Source of the DNA: Mobula hypostoma
Lineage: Eukaryota
NCBI RefSeq assembly: GCF_963921235.1
Contig: NC_086097.1
Coordinates: 68,388,001-68,452,000 of the forward strand
Direction: 5' to 3'
DNA: 64,000 bases
In this document: piece after piece, positions 63,481 through 64,000 of the stretch
How the letters are laid out: every line of letters starts with the position of its first letter
Position numbering within the stretch: position 1 is the first letter of the stretch
Program-made: the position numbers and the translations under genes
The notes under the pieces: generated by a model
What the model saw: the letters and a program-made list of their open reading frames with translations, nothing else
Database searches by the model: none
What the model was told of the DNA's origin: nothing

Positions 63481-64000
63481 ACTGCCTGTACCCCTGTATA
63501 TAACAGGTGAAGTAACTAATTTGCAAGGTTATGGGAAAATGTTGGAATGTGGAGTTAAACTGAATAAGACCATTAAAAGTCGCAGGCACTGTGACCTACA
63601 GTATGTACTGTTCTTGCTCCTAGGTTATTTGTTAATAAGGAACAAAACAGCACTCAGCAGCCAATAAAAAATAACCCATTTTAACAAACACAAATATCTT
63701 GTGAGTGCTGGGTTGACAAAGGCAGTCATTCATTACTGATATTTTGATTGGAAAGACAAAATAAACACGATAATTATAGGAATTGAAAAGTATATTAGTG
63801 CAAGATTGTACTCTGAGTCTGATGCAGCACAATCTGAAACTCAGCAGCATGTCTGAGTCATACTTCAGGCTTCCTCAGAGAATGTAAACACACTTCAATA
63901 AGCTTGAATAAGTGCAGAGAGGCCCATTCATTCGCAAGCTATTTTCTACTCTAATGTTCACATCGGCAAGAATGGTCACTCTTTCACCATTAAAGACACT

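Overview
Vertebrate nuclear DNA, not prokaryotic. The repeat content (CR1/HER1-type LINEs, Rex1/Babar, Penelope, V-SINE and SacSINE-type SINEs) points to a cartilaginous fish, probably a batoid ray (inference). The window lies inside a very large minus-strand bHLH-PAS gene, NPAS3. The only host exon I can find is the 245-bp bHLH exon at 50263-50507, which the ORF track misses. Everything else is intron: a mosaic of mostly dead retroelements (CR1, Rex1, L1, Penelope, RTE, two restriction-like-endonuclease LINEs of R4/Dong and Hero type), two solo LTRs with 5-bp target-site duplications (TSDs), and two DNA transposon derivatives resembling human MER2 and Charlie3/MER1. These are separated by repeat-poor AT-rich blocks that may be conserved enhancers. 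Most notable: (1) a 98-bp insertion with a perfect 14-bp TSD that is little more than an intact type I hammerhead ribozyme, with a sister copy in the host-sense orientation mutated at catalytic positions; (2) a Tigger MITE that looks nearly identical to mammalian MER2 (horizontal-transfer candidate); (3) a local ~730-bp inverted duplication joined to a CR1 5' end; (4) an old ~220-bp-arm inverted repeat. Family names come from recalled consensus and protein motifs, not from database searches. Boundaries of decayed repeats are approximate.
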